Part shown: piece by piece, positions 31,089 to 39,774 of the stretch
How the letters are laid out: every line of letters starts with the position of its first letter
Position numbering within the stretch: the first letter of the stretch is position 1
Source: Methanobrevibacter sp.
GTDB lineage: Archaea; Methanobacteriota; Methanobacteria; Methanobacteriales; Methanobacteriaceae
Direction of reading: 5' to 3'
NCBI RefSeq assembly: GCF_045611865.1
Contig: NZ_JAZKXX010000035.1
Location: forward strand, 26,939 to 90,938
DNA: 64,000 nucleotides
The notes under the pieces: generated by a model
The model's input: only the letters and a program-made list of their open reading frames with translations
Database searches by the model: none
What the model was told of the DNA's origin: nothing
Program-made: the position numbers and the translations under genes

Positions 31089-31116
31089 AAATTTATCTTC
31101 TTTATTGTTGTAAAAT

Positions 31117-31151
31117 TAATCATCAATCAAAACATATGTTAATCATCAACT
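31117..31151 (+). repeat. Two copies of the TTAATCATCAA(C/T) motif flanking the palindrome AACATATGTT
   Basis: TTAATCATCAATC (31117-31129) and TTAATCATCAACT (31139-31151). The same motif recurs three times at 37388-37485. Confidence 0.7.
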
Positions 31152-31160
31152 AGCAAATAT

Positions 31161-31199
31161 GTTAAATCGAATGTTATCAAGGTAAATATTCAAAACATT
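31161..31199 (+). repeat. Two-box repeat, copy A (GTTAAATCGAATGT-N7-GTAAATATTCAAAACATT)
   Basis: Aligns with copies at 37530-37572 and 38525-38563. Lies 64 nt upstream of the 31263 start codon. Confidence 0.75.
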
Positions 31200-31262
31200 A
31201 ACAATAATCTTTTATTTCAGAAGGAACATATTTTCTTAGTAGAATAATAATTAGGGAATTAT

Positions 31263-31961
31263 ATGAAATTATTTGTTGGCCATATTAAAGAATCTATAGA
31301 TTATGCATTAAGCGATATACTTGGACTTGTAATAATCAGTAGTTTAGTAAGTATTGCTTGTTTTATTAACAAAAATAGTTTATCTGATCCGATTTTGAAG
31401 GTAATAAATATATTTCTGCTTATCGTTGTAGGATATGGTTCATATGTATCCTGGTATGCCCTTAAAGGTCGGGACGAACATCCTCGATTTAAAAATAATA
31501 TGAGAAGACTTGTTTGGGAGGGCTTTAAGAAATCTGTTATTGTATTTATCTATTCCGGATTCTTATGGTTACTGGCTCGTCTGGCAAAACAGAATTATGC
31601 TGATGGAAACTTGATATTTACCGTGTGTTTTATTATTTTATTTGTTTTACTATATTTATGTTTAATCGCAGGATTATTAAACAGATATCTGCATAAAAGA
31701 AAATTTATAGAGGCTTTTAATCTCCTTGAAATCATTGAACTGATAAAAATATTCGATACTCAATCTTTTATAAAGGTAATTATTGCGGTTATGATTTCAC
31801 AAGCATTTGCGGCTTCAGTTGTTATCCCATTCAGTCAGGGTTTTAGTCTAATTGACATTATTTATTCAATTGCAACATTCTTTTTAGCACCATTTTTATA
31901 TATTGCCACAAAAAGGTTCATTGCATTAAATGTGTATGACTTATTGGAAAAACAATCTTGA
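31263..31961 (+). CDS. Polytopic membrane protein, unknown function
   Basis: 232 aa, about 5-6 hydrophobic helices. Confidence 0.6.
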   Translation: MKLFVGHIKESIDYALSDILGLVIISSLVSIACFINKNSLSDPILKVINIFLLIVVGYGSYVSWYALKGRDEHPRFKNNMRRLVWEGFKKSVIVFIYSGFLWLLARLAKQNYADGNLIFTVCFIILFVLLYLCLIAGLLNRYLHKRKFIEAFNLLEIIELIKIFDTQSFIKVIIAVMISQAFAASVVIPFSQGFSLIDIIYSIATFFLAPFLYIATKRFIALNVYDLLEKQS

Positions 31962-31974
31962 ATATCCTGATCAT

Positions 31975-32200
31975 ATGATAAATTTAATTTTGAAAAAGCC
32001 CCTCCTCCATATGAAGCTATTGTGGTTTCAAGAAGAGTGAATCCGAATGCTGCTAAAGCAAAAATAATCATTTAATCAAATTTTGATTGGAATTGTGATT
32101 TCAAAGAAAAAAAAACCCCTGCAGAAAATTTCATTAATTCCTCAATTAAACCAAACATAATAAATGCTTTTAAAAATGGGGTTTTAGTTTTTTCATCCAT
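31975..32200 (-). pseudogene. Remnant of a PrsW/CPBP-type intramembrane protease gene with an in-frame stop
   Basis: Manual translation from ATG 32200 gives MDEKTKTPFLKAFIMFGLIEELMKFSAGVFFSLKSQFQSKFD-TAA(32072-32074)-MIIFALAAFGFTLLETTIASYGG. The EExxK and GFxxxE motifs are in the PrsW order. It lacks the N-terminal helices, and the tail runs antisense into the 31263-31961 gene. Confidence 0.4.
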
Positions 32201-32297
32201 CCATTTTCTGTTGTAGTTTGAAGCGAAACTTTTCTTTTAATATTCAAAACTTCAATTCCAAAAAAAATAAAAAAAGAATTAAATAAGAAAGACTTAT

Positions 32298-32750
32298 TTA
32301 ATTAATTGAGTTTAAAATTGTTGTTACTGGATTGTCAGCTCCTTCAGGAGGAGTTTCACTTGACGGGATTGTATATGTTACAACACATTGGTCCTCTCCA
32401 GCAGGAATAATATATGCCATAATTGTATATCCATCTGATTCATAATTTTGTTGTTGGACTTCTTTACCGTCAGCATTATATGTTTCTTCACCAATGAATG
32501 TGTAGCCTTGGCTTTCAAGGTAAGTTTTTGCATCTTCACTATCTTTGACTGCTTCCGGAATCATTACTCCAATAGCATGATCATCATCTTGAGATAAAAA
32601 AACCACATTATCTGTTGAATTTACCACCTGGAATCCATCCGGAATTGTAAATTCATAATCTCCAATAGATATGTCTTCAGCAACAACAATGCCCATTCCT
32701 AAAACAACTAGCACGATTGCTACTACTAAAACTATTTTATTAAAATTCAT
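32298..32750 (-). CDS. Small secreted or membrane-anchored hypothetical protein
   Basis: Likely start MNFNKIVLVVAIVLVVLGMGIVVA (signal/anchor) at 32750; the track start is further upstream. Acidic extracellular-type domain. Confidence 0.55.
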   Translation of the reverse strand: MNFNKIVLVVAIVLVVLGMGIVVAEDISIGDYEFTIPDGFQVVNSTDNVVFLSQDDDHAIGVMIPEAVKDSEDAKTYLESQGYTFIGEETYNADGKEVQQQNYESDGYTIMAYIIPAGEDQCVVTYTIPSSETPPEGADNPVTTILNSIN

Positions 32751-32920
32751 TATATATCCTCCATCAATTAGTTTATTAAAACACCTATATATGCATAACG
32801 AATGAGATTTAGTGCATAAAATTTTTAAAATCATGAAAAAGGCCATTAAACATTAACACCAATGAATAGCTATTTGAAATTCAATTTTTAAACCCATTGC
32901 AACTGAATAAAGAACAATCA

Positions 32921-33040
32921 ATATGAAAAACCAAAAATTAAAAAATTTACTTTTTAGTAACTTTCAGTAAATGTAATAAAAACATCATATACTAACAAAT
33001 ACTTAATACATCCATACTCCGCTCGAAATTCATCTGAAAA
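32921..33040 (+). promoter_or_regulatory. Orphan copy (D) of the hsp20 promoter plus 5' leader
   Basis: About 75% identical over 79 nt to 37132-37210. Shares the ...ATATACTAACAAA TATA region and the leader boxes TAATACAT and GAAATTCATCT with the hsp20 upstream region (39775-39875). No ORF follows. Confidence 0.5.
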
Positions 33041-33125
33041 CTGTTAGCAAATTCACCTATCCGAATAATAACACTATCGAAGAACCAACAATGTGTTCTA
33101 ATGTCATTCAGTAAATAATATTTTA

Positions 33126-34685
33126 TTACTTATCTATTTTACATATTAGTTCCTTTTTTTCAATATATTTAACTATTTTAGGAGTATATTTTTTTAGTAT
33201 AGGGATTTTGTTCATATACTGACTAAAAAAGTTTATATCACGTTTTGTTAAAACTTTTAACCTAATTAATGATACAATATAGATGGAACTGCCAATTATA
33301 ATTCCTATGATTAAACCGGTTAATGTTTTAGGAATTAAATAACAAACGACCATTAAAATTAAATTGCAAATTAATACCTGCAATATATTTTTCCAAGGAA
33401 TTGATATTTTGGTAGTTCTAATTACCAATATCATTATTATAATCATTAATATGGCTGTGGTTATTGTTGTAGCTATGGCAGCACCTATAATACCCATTAT
33501 TTTAACAAAAGCCGCATTCAATACAATATTCATTACAGTACCCAAAAGCAGTATATACATTGGCAATCTAGGGTTTCCAGTACCTTGAAGTATGCTGCTA
33601 CTAATCATATATACGCTATAAAAAGACATTCCTATTACCAAGATACTTAAAACTCCCGAACCTGGAGTATAAACATTTCCAAACAGTAATTGAATAAGAG
33701 GCATGCTAAACATACTTATAATGACACACATTGGAATAACTGTAAGAATGCAATATCTTAAACAGTCTACAACATATTCTTGCAATAATTTTTGATTTTT
33801 TAAAACATAAGCCTCTGCTGTTGCAGGAAGCAACACTGTTGAAATTGATAGTGAAATAACTAAAGGAATTCTTGAAATAGGATCAGCAGCATTATAAAAC
33901 CCTACATCCCTAGATAACATAAAAATACCTATAACTAATGTGCCAACATCATAAATGGCCATTTCAGATAATGCAGTAATAGCTACAGGTACTGCAAAAC
34001 AAATTAACATCCACAATAAGTTTAATTCTTCTTTAAAACTTAAATCTAATGAATCTTGCGAATAGAACATTGGGCTAATATATTTTTTATATAATAATAC
34101 TGCAGTTATAGCCGAAACTATGAAACCAAATGCTCCCCCCAATACGGCCCCCATAGCATATAATCCACAATAAACAAACACAACAGCAAAAACAATTGTT
34201 GCCAACTGTTCGGCCATCCTATTAACTACCGTATATTCATTTTTATAAACTCCTTGAAATGCACCTCTCATAGCTCCTACAATTACACTAAAAGGAGTTA
34301 TTAGACTAACAGCTCTTAATGGCCACACGACTAGAGGTTTATGAAATATCTCATTTGCAATAAAATCTGATGAAAATAATAGGATAATGCTTAATAATAT
34401 TGCCATTAAAACCATGAACTTGGTTGCAGTATAAATAACTTGTCTGGTCAATGCTTTTTCATCTTTTGCATTATATTCTGCAACATATTTTGATATTGCT
34501 GGAGGTAATCCGCCAGCAGATAAAATTTGGAATATTCCTTGAAAAGGTAAAGTTAAACCATATAATCCGTATCCTTCCGGTCCGAGCATTCTACTCATTA
34601 ATAGCCTATTAATGTAACCTCCTACTCTAAAAAGTAAGTTGCCCATTACTAAAATGAAACTATTCTTAAGTACCTTATTAGACAT
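33126..34685 (-). CDS. Oligosaccharide/polysaccharide flippase (Wzx/MurJ-like MOP superfamily)
   Basis: About 519 aa, 14 predicted TM helices, with an N-terminus (NSFILVMGNLLFRVGGYINRLLMSRMLGPEGYGLY) typical of polysaccharide biosynthesis flippases. ATG at 34685. Confidence 0.75.
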   Translation of the reverse strand: MSNKVLKNSFILVMGNLLFRVGGYINRLLMSRMLGPEGYGLYGLTLPFQGIFQILSAGGLPPAISKYVAEYNAKDEKALTRQVIYTATKFMVLMAILLSIILLFSSDFIANEIFHKPLVVWPLRAVSLITPFSVIVGAMRGAFQGVYKNEYTVVNRMAEQLATIVFAVVFVYCGLYAMGAVLGGAFGFIVSAITAVLLYKKYISPMFYSQDSLDLSFKEELNLLWMLICFAVPVAITALSEMAIYDVGTLVIGIFMLSRDVGFYNAADPISRIPLVISLSISTVLLPATAEAYVLKNQKLLQEYVVDCLRYCILTVIPMCVIISMFSMPLIQLLFGNVYTPGSGVLSILVIGMSFYSVYMISSSILQGTGNPRLPMYILLLGTVMNIVLNAAFVKIMGIIGAAIATTITTAILMIIIMILVIRTTKISIPWKNILQVLICNLILMVVCYLIPKTLTGLIIGIIIGSSIYIVSLIRLKVLTKRDINFFSQYMNKIPILKKYTPKIVKYIEKKELICKIDK

Positions 34686-34769
34686 ATTCTTCACTTAATT
34701 TAATATATTATTAAAATAAAATGTATTATATAACTTTATTAAAACATAATTATAACTATTTTATGGTAG

Positions 34770-35876
34770 ATGTCTATGGATTATAAAAAGCATGATATTT
34801 TTTCACCAATGGTATTTGTTCTATTGGTTATTATTTATCTAATATTTTCAGAAATATCCTTTTATTATCTTTTAAATGAGTTAATTGGTGTTGATCTCTA
34901 CACCATTGGAGTAATATTCTTAGGAATTGTATTTTATATAATAGGTATGGCATTATCAAATTATTTTCTCAAGAATAAGGAACTTACCATAAATACTGAA
35001 AAAATAGATAAAATTTTCTCCGAACGTTTAGTTTTATCATTGGTAATAATTGGAATATTGCTTCAAATAGTAAATTTAATCTACTTGGGAGGAATTCCTC
35101 TATTTAGTGGCCATCTTAAAGCACATGCCGCAACAAGGATATGGCTATTAAGTTATTTAATCTTTTTGCCTTCAATTAATATCCTAATAGCAAAATATGA
35201 TAACAAAAAATATTATTTATTGTTTATATTAGGTTTATTGTTGTTTATAGCTACAGGTTATAGAACAACTGCAATGGCTATTGTAATAAGTGTATTGATA
35301 ACATTGTACTACACCAAGGATTTGCCTTGGAAATATTTGATATTATCCATAATTGCCATATTTATATTACTATTGGGAGTGGGTTATATTGCAGTTAAAT
35401 CAATTGAATGGCAAAACTGGTCAACAACTCCAATTGAACTATTATTCTATAGGGCAGGATATACTTTACAGGTCTTAGACCATGCAGTATTTCTACAGGG
35501 CAGCACTCACGGCCAATTATTATATAATACATTGATGGGATTTTTTAAATCTTCAGATCCAAGGGTGATTGTTGGCTCAATAACATTAGGTAAAGCGCAT
35601 TCAACAACTTCAACGATTTTTGGACCAGCATTGTTGGATTTTGGATTATATGCCATGATATTGCAAATGACAATCTTAGGATTTATAATGAATTTAGTTT
35701 ATAAAGTACAGAGTAATGTCAAGAGTATTTTCATTGGATTGTATGCAATATTGATGGCTCATTTAATAATATGGATAGAAACAGGGCCTACTGATTTGGT
35801 CGTATTTTTATTCTATTTAATTTCACTAATCATATTAATTTATTCAGTTAACATAAAAAAGGCGGGTAATAAATGA
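34770..35876 (+). CDS. Polytopic membrane protein, oligosaccharide repeat-unit polymerase (Wzy)-like
   Basis: 368 aa, at least 10 TM helices. Divergent from the flippase gene and overlapping the next gene (ATGA). The assignment rests on topology and context only. Confidence 0.5.
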   Translation: MSMDYKKHDIFSPMVFVLLVIIYLIFSEISFYYLLNELIGVDLYTIGVIFLGIVFYIIGMALSNYFLKNKELTINTEKIDKIFSERLVLSLVIIGILLQIVNLIYLGGIPLFSGHLKAHAATRIWLLSYLIFLPSINILIAKYDNKKYYLLFILGLLLFIATGYRTTAMAIVISVLITLYYTKDLPWKYLILSIIAIFILLLGVGYIAVKSIEWQNWSTTPIELLFYRAGYTLQVLDHAVFLQGSTHGQLLYNTLMGFFKSSDPRVIVGSITLGKAHSTTSTIFGPALLDFGLYAMILQMTILGFIMNLVYKVQSNVKSIFIGLYAILMAHLIIWIETGPTDLVVFLFYLISLIILIYSVNIKKAGNK

Positions 35877-36943
35877 ATATCGCTGTTGTAGCAGAAACCG
35901 CTCCTGCAAAAGCCCTAATTCCAATCATTGAAAACATCGATACGAATATCTTATCCTTGACTCATAGTGAAGGGGCAATGGAATTATTGGGTCCTTATAG
36001 TAATGAAATTCTTTCGATAGGCGAAGGTCGAAGAAGCACAACAAAGAAAAGAAGCAATTTTACAATCGCCAAACTGGTTTTAAAGGACACTTTCCACACA
36101 TATAATGCTTTAAAAAAACGCGATATTGATTTGACATTAACATGCGGGAATGCAGGGGATGTGCGTAAAGGAATCACAGCATCAAAAAAATTAAATATTC
36201 CCAAACTTCATATAGAACAGGACATCTATAACCCAATAGAAATGATAGCCTATGCAGATTTAATCACCGTCCCTAATAAGGTGGCCATGAAACAGCTAAA
36301 AGAGATGTACGATATTACAAATACCGTAAATATAAACGGATATCCTCTAGCAGAATATGTAAGCAGAGTTCCGATATTGGAACAGGAAAAAGTATATGAG
36401 CAATATAAGCGTGATGATTTTTATGTTCTTTTTTTAGGTGGGGATACAAGGGCTTCAGATATTCCCGAAATAATTAGGGAAGTGGAAAAAATAGATAAAA
36501 CAATATTTGTCATTCCATTCAGGTTTGAAACATCCACCATAACCCCCCATATCACTAAAGACAATATTCATGTTATTGAGGGTTATGTGGATTTAATTAG
36601 TTTGATGAACGCTTCACAGGGAGTGATTTATTGCGCTGGAATGGGAGTGACAATTGAAGTTGGCGCTTTAGAAGTTCCATCAGTGAAAATTTTGGGCTTC
36701 CATACCCAGCATGCAAGCAATGATTTGGCTCAAGATTTAGGAATAAATGTTGCTTCTGCGCATGATATAAATCATGCCGTTTCTAGGATGAAAAAACCTC
36801 AAGGCAAACGTTTAATTAAAAATGGTTGTAAAGCAAGCCTTAAAGTTGCCGAATTAACTACGAATATGGACTTGTTTGACCAGAATTGTGGGGGCTTGAG
36901 TAGTTTAAGGAAAATCTGGAACCAGAGAAAACAGTACCGTTAA
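35873..36943 (+). CDS. Soluble protein of unknown function with a two-Rossmann, GT-B/MurG-like appearance
   Basis: 356 aa. N-terminal MNIAVVAETAPAKALIPII, a C-terminal half YVLFLGGDTRA...VIYCAGMGVTIEVGALEVP resembling the GT28/MurG C-terminal domain. Coupled to the polymerase-like gene. Confidence 0.4.
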   Translation: MNIAVVAETAPAKALIPIIENIDTNILSLTHSEGAMELLGPYSNEILSIGEGRRSTTKKRSNFTIAKLVLKDTFHTYNALKKRDIDLTLTCGNAGDVRKGITASKKLNIPKLHIEQDIYNPIEMIAYADLITVPNKVAMKQLKEMYDITNTVNINGYPLAEYVSRVPILEQEKVYEQYKRDDFYVLFLGGDTRASDIPEIIREVEKIDKTIFVIPFRFETSTITPHITKDNIHVIEGYVDLISLMNASQGVIYCAGMGVTIEVGALEVPSVKILGFHTQHASNDLAQDLGINVASAHDINHAVSRMKKPQGKRLIKNGCKASLKVAELTTNMDLFDQNCGGLSSLRKIWNQRKQYR

Positions 36944-37131
36944 AATCTTAATTATCCTTTTTTTAGTTTCAATATATTTAAAACAATTTAGGATTAATAA
37001 ATTATACTCCATACAAGCAATTAAAATTTATTGATTAAAATAAGTATAATCTAATTTTAAAGATTTAAAAACAAGTATTTAGAACATTGATAAAATAATT
37101 TAAGAATTCGAAAAAAAATAAAGCATCAGCC

Positions 37132-37210
37132 ATATGAAAATCAAAGATTAAAAGTAATACTTTTCAATAACCTTTAGTAAATTTAATTGAAACCTTTATA
37201 TACTAACAAA
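37132..37210 (+). promoter_or_regulatory. Orphan copy (E) of the promoter-like repeat (AATAACCTTTAGTAA-N9-GAAACCTTTATATACTAACAAA)
   Basis: Strong BRE/TATA-like AAACCTTTATATA. 24/31 identities to the hsp20 promoter core. Followed by the inverted repeat AAAAGAAG(37210-37217)/CTTCTTTT(37241-37248) rather than an ORF. Confidence 0.5.
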
Positions 37211-37387
37211 AAAGAAGTCAACGAAAAATTGTATAGTTACCTTCTTTTCCGGATTTATTTGGTCAAAGAGTTTAGTTTGGAAGTAAGTATATTTTTAAAA
37301 TTTTACTTACAGAAAGTGACTAGTCAAATTTTTTAATAGTTACTCAACTATCAAAACAAATTAAGATAAATTTTTTTCATAAAACAT

Positions 37388-37485
37388 GAATCATCAACCT
37401 TAATCATCAACCAACATGATTTTTTTATTTTTAATAAGAATGGTTTAAATCAAAAAATAAGTAATTTAAAGATTAATCATCAACT
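37388..37485 (+). repeat. Three copies of (G/T)AATCATCAAC
   Basis: GAATCATCAACC (37388-37399), TTAATCATCAACC (37400-37412), TTAATCATCAACT (37473-37485). Preceded by AACATG, as at 31130-31140. Confidence 0.7.
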
Positions 37486-37529
37486 AACCATTATAATTTA
37501 AATTATAGACAATACTATACAATTTTATT

Positions 37530-37572
37530 GTTTAAATCGAATGTAACATAAAGAATAATATTCAAAATCATT
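37530..37572 (+). repeat. Two-box repeat, copy B (GTTTAAATCGAATGT-N8-GAATAATATTCAAAATCATT)
   Basis: Box 1 matches copy C at 14/15 positions and box 2 at 15/15. Lies 52 nt upstream of the esterase ATG. Confidence 0.75.
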
Positions 37573-37623
37573 AATTAGTTTTTTATACCATAATTGATAA
37601 AATGTTATTTGAACGGTGTCATC

Positions 37624-38502
37624 ATGTCAAAAATGCAAAAAATTATTGAATACGGATTTAAACATACTCGCAAGGAATACATGGACGACAAGGATGCGGC
37701 GATAAAGTACCTGGAAGAGCGTTCCATAGAGGATGATGAAGCTTACAGAATACCAAAGAGGATATATCACACAAAGGTCGAAAGTAAATACCTGTTTGAT
37801 TGTCAGATGATTGTTTTCAATGAGGTCGAAACCACCGAGCACACTGTCATTTATCTTCATGGAGGAGCATATGTCAATGAGATTGTGCCTCCCCACATTG
37901 TTTTTTGTGATAAGATTGCTAAAAAGACAAATGCAACAGTCTTCGCTCCGATTTATCCCCTTGCACCGAACCATACATATGAGGAGACATATAGGATTGT
38001 TGAGAATCTTTATAAATTTGCATTGGAGATAGACAAGCCAATAACAATTATAGGAGATTCAGCCGGAGGAGGATTGTCAGCAGCCTTTTGCGAATACCTG
38101 GCAAGCAACGGATTTGAACAACCAGAGCATCTGATTTTGATATCCCCATGGGTTGATGTATCCATGTCCGGCGATTATGATGATTATATGGAATGTGATC
38201 CTGCACTTGGGGTTGAGGTTCGTGAATTTGGCAAAATCTGGGCCGGTGATTTGGACATTAAGGACTACCGGATAAGTCCTCTATTTGGTGACGTATCCCA
38301 ACTTCCCAAGACCACACTCTTTGTGGGAACTCATGAAATAATCTATCCGGACATCATCAAATTTTACGATAAATTGAAAAGCAGTGACATCGACGTAAAA
38401 TTGTTTGTAGGTGAGGGAATGACTCATGTCTATCCGATTTACCCTTTAGTTCCCGAATCAAGGGAAGCCTTCAATCAAATCGTTGAAATAATATTGGGCT
38501 GA
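37624..38502 (+). CDS. Alpha/beta hydrolase, hormone-sensitive-lipase-type esterase
   Basis: HGGAY oxyanion motif (YLHGGAYV) and GDSAGG nucleophile elbow. ATG at 37624 after GGTG; the track start is TTG. G+C is higher than in the neighbours: 29/60 and 26/60 in two sampled lines against 21/60 in two neighbouring-gene samples. Confidence 0.8.
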   Translation: MSKMQKIIEYGFKHTRKEYMDDKDAAIKYLEERSIEDDEAYRIPKRIYHTKVESKYLFDCQMIVFNEVETTEHTVIYLHGGAYVNEIVPPHIVFCDKIAKKTNATVFAPIYPLAPNHTYEETYRIVENLYKFALEIDKPITIIGDSAGGGLSAAFCEYLASNGFEQPEHLILISPWVDVSMSGDYDDYMECDPALGVEVREFGKIWAGDLDIKDYRISPLFGDVSQLPKTTLFVGTHEIIYPDIIKFYDKLKSSDIDVKLFVGEGMTHVYPIYPLVPESREAFNQIVEIILG

Positions 38503-38510
38503 TGATGGTC

Positions 38511-38528
38511 AAACCCCGTTTTGGGTTT
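38511..38528 (+). terminator. GC-containing hairpin right after the esterase stop
   Basis: AAACCC-CGTTTT-GGGTTT starts 9 nt after the TGA. Its 3' arm overlaps box 1 of repeat copy C by 4 nt (38525-38528). Confidence 0.4.
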
Positions 38529-38563
38529 AAATCAAATGTTATGTGGAATAATATTCAAAACAT
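38525..38563 (+). repeat. Two-box repeat, copy C (GTTTAAATCAAATGT-N6-GAATAATATTCAAAACATT)
   Basis: Same orientation as copies A and B. Contains the internal inverted repeat AATGTT...AACATT. Lies 23 nt downstream of the esterase gene. Confidence 0.75.
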
Positions 38564-38833
38564 TTTTGTATTTGTATTGTGGAAGATTTAGGTTTTAATA
38601 TTATGGATATTAATATTCACTTCACATTTCATTTTGTTTCCACACAAAGTCACACTTCAAAAATATTTATTATTAATGAATGCAATATTGGGCTATATAA
38701 ACTTAATTTTTGAAGAAATAAATATAAAAAGAATTGTATTATGACTAATCAGAAAAATAATAATTTTTTGAAAGAATATTCCTGCTTTTAGGTCGGAGAT
38801 TAGTACGATTATTTTGCATCATTCCCATCAATC

Positions 38834-39532
38834 TTACATGCCCAATAGGTGGATGGTAAAAAATACCATGAATTTAGAAGTAAATATAAGGTAACATAAT
38901 ACAAGGTTTTTGGTTTTGACATACACAAATGGCAATACTATTGAACCAAATCCTACATGCAGCAACAGGGAGCCTATTGCAAATCCATATGGTATATGAA
39001 CGAGTGCAAAGAGTATCTGTGATATGATTATTGCCACCATGATGGCTGCTTTTCTACCTATTGATTTGTACAGATATGCGACTATGATAATAAATGGTAT
39101 GAATTTAATCAGTTCTTCACCAGGTAATTGGATTAGAGCACATATAATCACCACTAAGGGCGAACCGTTTATTGCTTGGGGGGTCATGCTAGCTATTCCT
39201 AGTGCACCGCCGATAATATTTGCCATCATCGTAACTGTGAGCATGAGCATGAAACCGATTATCACAATTATAATGTCTCTAGGTTTAGGCATTCTGAAAA
39301 TATTTGAGAGGTCATCTTTAAATACATACACTACAGCCAATAGTGGTGGAAAAGTAATGAGTATTGCCTTAAGCAATCCATTGCCTGTAGGAGGTATTAA
39401 ATACGGTATTGCTGCGGCTATTAAAAAGCCAATTATTAGAATTACCACATTCCTTGCTGTAAATCTAGGGTCCTCATAGAGAAGTGGTAAATCATATTCC
39501 TTATCTTCAAACTTAAAAAAATCGGTTGTCAT
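38834..39532 (-). CDS. CPBP-family (CAAX/Abi-like) intramembrane protease
   Basis: Polytopic. PGEELIKF (EExx-basic) and LFALVHIPYG (FxxxH) motifs in the expected order. ATG at 39532. Confidence 0.55.
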   Translation of the reverse strand: MTTDFFKFEDKEYDLPLLYEDPRFTARNVVILIIGFLIAAAIPYLIPPTGNGLLKAILITFPPLLAVVYVFKDDLSNIFRMPKPRDIIIVIIGFMLMLTVTMMANIIGGALGIASMTPQAINGSPLVVIICALIQLPGEELIKFIPFIIIVAYLYKSIGRKAAIMVAIIISQILFALVHIPYGFAIGSLLLHVGFGSIVLPFVYVKTKNLVLCYLIFTSKFMVFFTIHLLGM

Positions 39533-39774
39533 CTTTAACACATAATATATTTTTTGTTTTATATAACTATTATATCTAATGTGTTGAAATAACCTATGTT
39601 TCCAAGGACATCATAAAAATTGTATATTTATTTTCTACAAAAAACATTTTCAACTAATGTTAAAGTAGAATTTTATTTAATTTTAACCATTAAATTACTG
39701 CCATTACCAATATCAAGAAAATAATTCTTATATTTTATAAAATAACCTATTATTCATATTAAAAATAAAATATT

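Noticed and set aside
31161-38563. Possibility that the three two-box repeats form a CRISPR-like array.
   Set aside because: There are only three copies, at irregular spacing (about 6.3 kb and 1 kb) with whole genes in between. The copies are imperfect, and there are no cas genes.
38564-38833. Small ORF (MDINIHFTFHFVSTQSHTSKIFIINECNIGLYKLNF) in the gap after the esterase cassette.
   Set aside because: It is 36 codons long, with no RBS, no recognisable motif and atypical composition. It is probably non-coding or decayed sequence.
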